This document shows, piece by piece, positions 19,329-22,978 of a stretch of 22,978 nucleotides of DNA. The position numbers and the translations under genes are program-made. The notes beneath the pieces are model-generated. The model saw nothing but the letters and a program-made list of their open reading frames with translations, was not told where the DNA came from and ran no database searches. Positions within the stretch are counted from its first letter, which is position 1. Each line of letters starts with the position of its first letter. The DNA is from Balamuthia mandrillaris (taxonomy: Eukaryota), in assembly GCA_031835245.2 (NCBI GenBank), contig JAVKOQ020000070.1, forward strand, positions 186,001-208,978, in the 5' to 3' direction.

Positions 19329-22300
19329 ATGTCTGCTTCTCCCTCTCCTTCTGCTGCCTCCTCGTCTCCCAGTCGACAGAGAACGCAAAGGGGAGGGGAA
19401 CGGCCGCGGCAAAGACGAACGGCCAAGCCCAAAAAGGTTGAAGCCATACTCGGTATTGACCTGGGCACCACCATCACCGTCACCTACTGTTGGATCGAAG
19501 GGCAAGCCGTCCCTCTGCACATCGATGGAGAGACCAAACTCCCCTCTGTGGTCAACCTGCGAAACCCCAAAATGCCGGTCGTTGGCGAACGAGCAAAGAT
19601 AGAGCAGGGCATCTGGCCTGAAAGCACGGTTGTGCAGGCCAAACGACTTATAGGTCACGCGTACGTGTTCTCTTCCTTCTGCGGACGTTACCCTCCAGCG
19701 TCCTCCTTCCCTACCTCTTCGCATCCCTGCTCGACCCCTTCGCTCTGACGGAATGTTCCTCTTTTGCCAAAAGCTTCGCGGACCCGGACATACAGGATGA
19801 CTTGTGCAAGTGGCCTTTCAAAGTGGTGGAGGATCCAGCCTCGGGCAACCCCCGCATCGCCATTGGGGAGGAACGATACGCCCCCGAAGAGATAGAGAGC
19901 TACATCCTGAAGAAGATAAAGCGGGCAGTCATCTCAAAGACCGGAGCCGAGATCATACGAGCCGTCATCACCGTGCCTGGTAACTTTTTCTTTGCTTCTC
20001 TTCTTGCGGCGCACCGGGAAAGTAAAACATAGAGAGCGAGAGAAGCAGTGGACATGAGATTAGATATGAGATAGGAGCAATATAGAGCGGAAAGAAAGCA
20101 AGGAGGGCCTATCCAAGTGACTTAACACTTCTCTCTCTCCAAAACACCAGCCCACTTCAACGACAACCAGAAGCATGCCACGCGTATCGCGGCCATCCTG
20201 GCCGGCTTCGACCAGGTCCGCATCATGACGGAGCCGGTGGCCGCTGCTCTGGCCCATGACATTGGCATCTACCAGGAGAAAGAGCGGAAGGAGATCCTGG
20301 TCTTTGACCTCGGCGGCGGCACCTTTGACGTCTCTCTTCTCTCCCTGCAAAAGACCGACATGGGGCCTATCTTTGTGGTGAAGACCATCGAGGGCGACTC
20401 CCACCTCGGCGGTGAGGACTTTGACAACAACCTGGTGCAGCACGTGATGCAGGCGCAGCTGGCCGACGTGCAGTGGGAGCAGGGAGAGAGGGGACGGAGG
20501 GACATGAACGAGTTTATGTGCCAGCTGCGGTCCAAATGTGAGAAGGCCAAACGTACCCTTGGCACCGAGGACTCAGTATGTGTTTTGCCGCTCCTGTCTT
20601 TAATGTTTTGTCTTTTTGTTTACACTTTTGTTCTCTTCTCTCTCTCTTCTCTCCTTCTTCTTCTCTCCTTCTTCTTCCACTGCCTTTGTGAAATGCAGGT
20701 CAGCATCACTCTATCGCACTTGGGCAAAGACTACGAAACGCGCGAGGTGACGCTCACCCGCGAAGTCTTTGAGCGCATCAACAAACATCTCTTTGAGCGA
20801 TGCCTCGCTATCGTCAAGTCGGTGGCCGACACCGCTGCCGCCGCAGGCACGCCCGTTGGCTCCGTCATCGCCACAGGAGGCTCCTCTCAGATCCCTTACC
20901 TTCGCGAGCGCCTGGCCTCCATCATCAACGACGCTCAAAGTCATCCTTCCGCTTCTTCTCCCTCTTCCTCCTCCTCTTCTTCCTCCTTTCCCAAAGGCAC
21001 CTTGCTCAAGTACAAAGATGACCCTGACACAGCCGTCGCCCTTGGGGCTTGCAACTTTGCTGCCTCCCTGTGGAGACCCTACGAGCCGACCTCTCCCAAG
21101 CTCATCCTCATCGAGACTTGTCCTTACAACATCGGCATCGCCGTCAAAGGGGCAGGAGGGGGAGGAGGAGCCTCCAAAGCCTCCAGAACTACGATGGACA
21201 TCTTCTTTGAGAGAGGCAGCACCATTCCAGCCACCAAAACGTTCAGCTACACGACCGTTTATGATAGACAGCGCTTCGCTCAGATAGCAGTCTACGAGGG
21301 AATGGACAGGAATGACCCTTCGGCCAACCATCGCTTGGGCAACTTTGTGTTGGAGGTCAGCGAGCCCATGCCGGCGGGCCAACCCAAGATTGACGTCAAG
21401 GTCTCGTTGGACTTGGACGGCATTCTGACGGTCACCGCCATGGAGAAGAGCAGCAAGGCCAGCCTGGAGATAAGGGCCTGTAAGACCACACTGTCGGCCA
21501 GGGAGGTTCGCTTCAAGAAGTTGACCTCGGACAAGGATGAGTTGATAGATGAGGTGGATTGTTTGCAGTCCACTTTGTCGGATAAGATAGCCACTTTATG
21601 TATGCTCTCTCTCTTCCTCTCTCTCTCTCTTCCTCTCTCTCTCTCTCTCTTCCTCTCTCTCTCTGTTCATTCTTTTTCTCTCTTCTTTGTTGTTTCTGTA
21701 CGGCTGTACCAACAATAATGAACACAAAACAGCTGGCAAGAACTTGGAAGCCCATATCATCAAAGCGATAAAGAAATGGCGAAACGACAAGGACTCGATG
21801 GAGGCTCTCACCGAACTGAACGAATTGTGCCAAGCCGAGGCTGAGCTTCAACCCATTCAACCCGCCATCAAGCTTCTGCTCAAGCAAACAAAGTATCTTC
21901 ATTCCGTTAGGTCAGCCCTTGCCTCCCTCTGTTTAGTCGTCGGATAATGAAGGATGACAAGTGAGCTTACCATAACATTCTGTTTCTCTTGTTTGTTGTG
22001 CAGGTCAGAGCTGCAAGAACTGGTTTCGCTAGGGTCTGATAACCAAGCCCTCGAGTTGCACTATCACACGTATGGTCTTCCTTGCTCTTTGGTTAAACAT
22101 ACACAGACCGGAGATTGTTGTGTCGCTGAATCCTGCTTTTTTTAAAACTCCACAACTTTAGCATATTCTTAGTAGACCGTTCTCACAGCATGCGGAAGAA
22201 AGACAGCTGCTTTCTTGTAAGCTCTCCTCTCCTTTCTTTTTTTCTTCTTCGTCTTTATAGTTAGTATTAATATCACGTCTTTCACTTTTCCAGGATGGCA

Positions 22301-22978
22301 AAGTTGCAACCCGTTTTGACAGCGTGTTTGAATGTATCCTGAAGTACTTGGACGACCGCTCCTTCACCGATGACACCTTCACCATGCTTTTGTTCAACAA
22401 CAAAGTTCGCACGGTGTTCAAACGGCTCAAGTACTCCCCTCGCTTGGAAGACAAGATCAGAGACATTCGAAAGAAGTATCCCCCGCATTCTACCACTTCG
22501 TTCAGAGTCGTAAGTTCAACTCGTCTCTCTTAAAGTTTGCCAACGAGTTGGAACACTAATGCTTGTCTCATCTTAGGCAATAGACAAGATAGCAAACGTG
22601 GTAACGCAAGCGCCTGAAGAAAACACGGTAGTCATAATGCTGAGCGATGGGCACGACCCGGACTTCATGGATGCCTGTCAAACCCTCTCGGACTTGGTCA
22701 AGAATCGTACCACGTATGTTTCTTTCGTCTGCTTCTTATTCTTCTTGTTCTTCCTTTTGTCGTTGTTGTTGTTCTTCTTCGTCTTCTTCTTCTTCTTCTT
22801 GTTCTTCTTCTTCGTCTTCTTCTTCTTCTTCTTAACTTATTGACTCATCTGTTTTCTCGATATAGCCCTCCAGTCTTTCATGCCATTCGTTTTGGGAATA
22901 GCAAGACGACGGCGGAAGCGCTTGAGAAGCTTGCTGAGGCTGGAAATGGCAAGTTCTCCACTTCAAAGGACGGCATAG
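19329..22978 (+). CDS. Atypical Hsp70-family protein fused to a C-terminal von Willebrand factor A domain (partial, at least 876 aa, continues beyond the window)
   Basis: Exons 19329-19660, 19774-19979, 20151-20575, 20699-21599, 21733-21910, 22004-22069, 22162-22216, 22294-22509, 22577-22713, 22866->22978, all GT-AG and phase-consistent. Hsp70 motifs: GIDLGTT, LPSVV, AKRLIG, AVITVPAHFND, EPVAAAL, VFDLGGGTFDVSLL, GDSHLGGEDFD, GGSSQIP, PDTAVALGA, and substrate-binding region TTVYDRQ...VYEG...GQPKIDV...DGILTVTA. vWA motifs: IFLVDRSHSM, TTSFRVAI, VVIMLSDG, FHAIRFG, LEKLAEAGNGKF. Confidence 0.88.
22732..22832 (+). repeat. Degenerate (TTC/TTG)n trinucleotide microsatellite in an intron
   Basis: Runs of ttc/ttg/gtc inside intron 22714-22865. 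Confidence 0.9.

Noticed and set aside
20576..20698. Hydrophobic TM-like segment within the Hsp70 ORF (similarly 7235-7324 and 12195-12284)
   Set aside because: These are in-frame, stop-free pyrimidine-rich introns with GT...AG ends; removing 20576-20698 restores Hsp70 colinearity.

Overview
Gene-dense, intron-rich eukaryotic DNA with short GT-AG introns full of (CT)n tracts and GC-richer exons. The style fits a free-living amoebozoan such as Balamuthia (inference only). Manual splicing gives: (1) the 5' end of a secreted protein on the minus strand (1-119); (2) a 25-exon, ~2,400-aa divergent Furry/Tao3/Mor2-like scaffold with a long acidic tail (973-10632); (3) a ~812-aa type I membrane protein with a 129-bp internal tandem duplication (11049-13978); (4) an ADAM/reprolysin-like (M12B) membrane metalloprotease gene (14263-18646) split within exon 4 by a 1,437-bp one-ended MULE-like transposon fragment with a SWIM finger, flanked by the 9-bp direct repeat CAATTCCAC, whose removal restores a 798-aa frame; (5) an atypical Hsp70 fused in frame to a von Willebrand A domain with an intact DxSxS MIDAS motif, running off the window (19329->22978). 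The Hsp70-vWA fusion and the transposon-split protease are the most interesting items. All family calls come from recognising motifs by eye; no database search was run.
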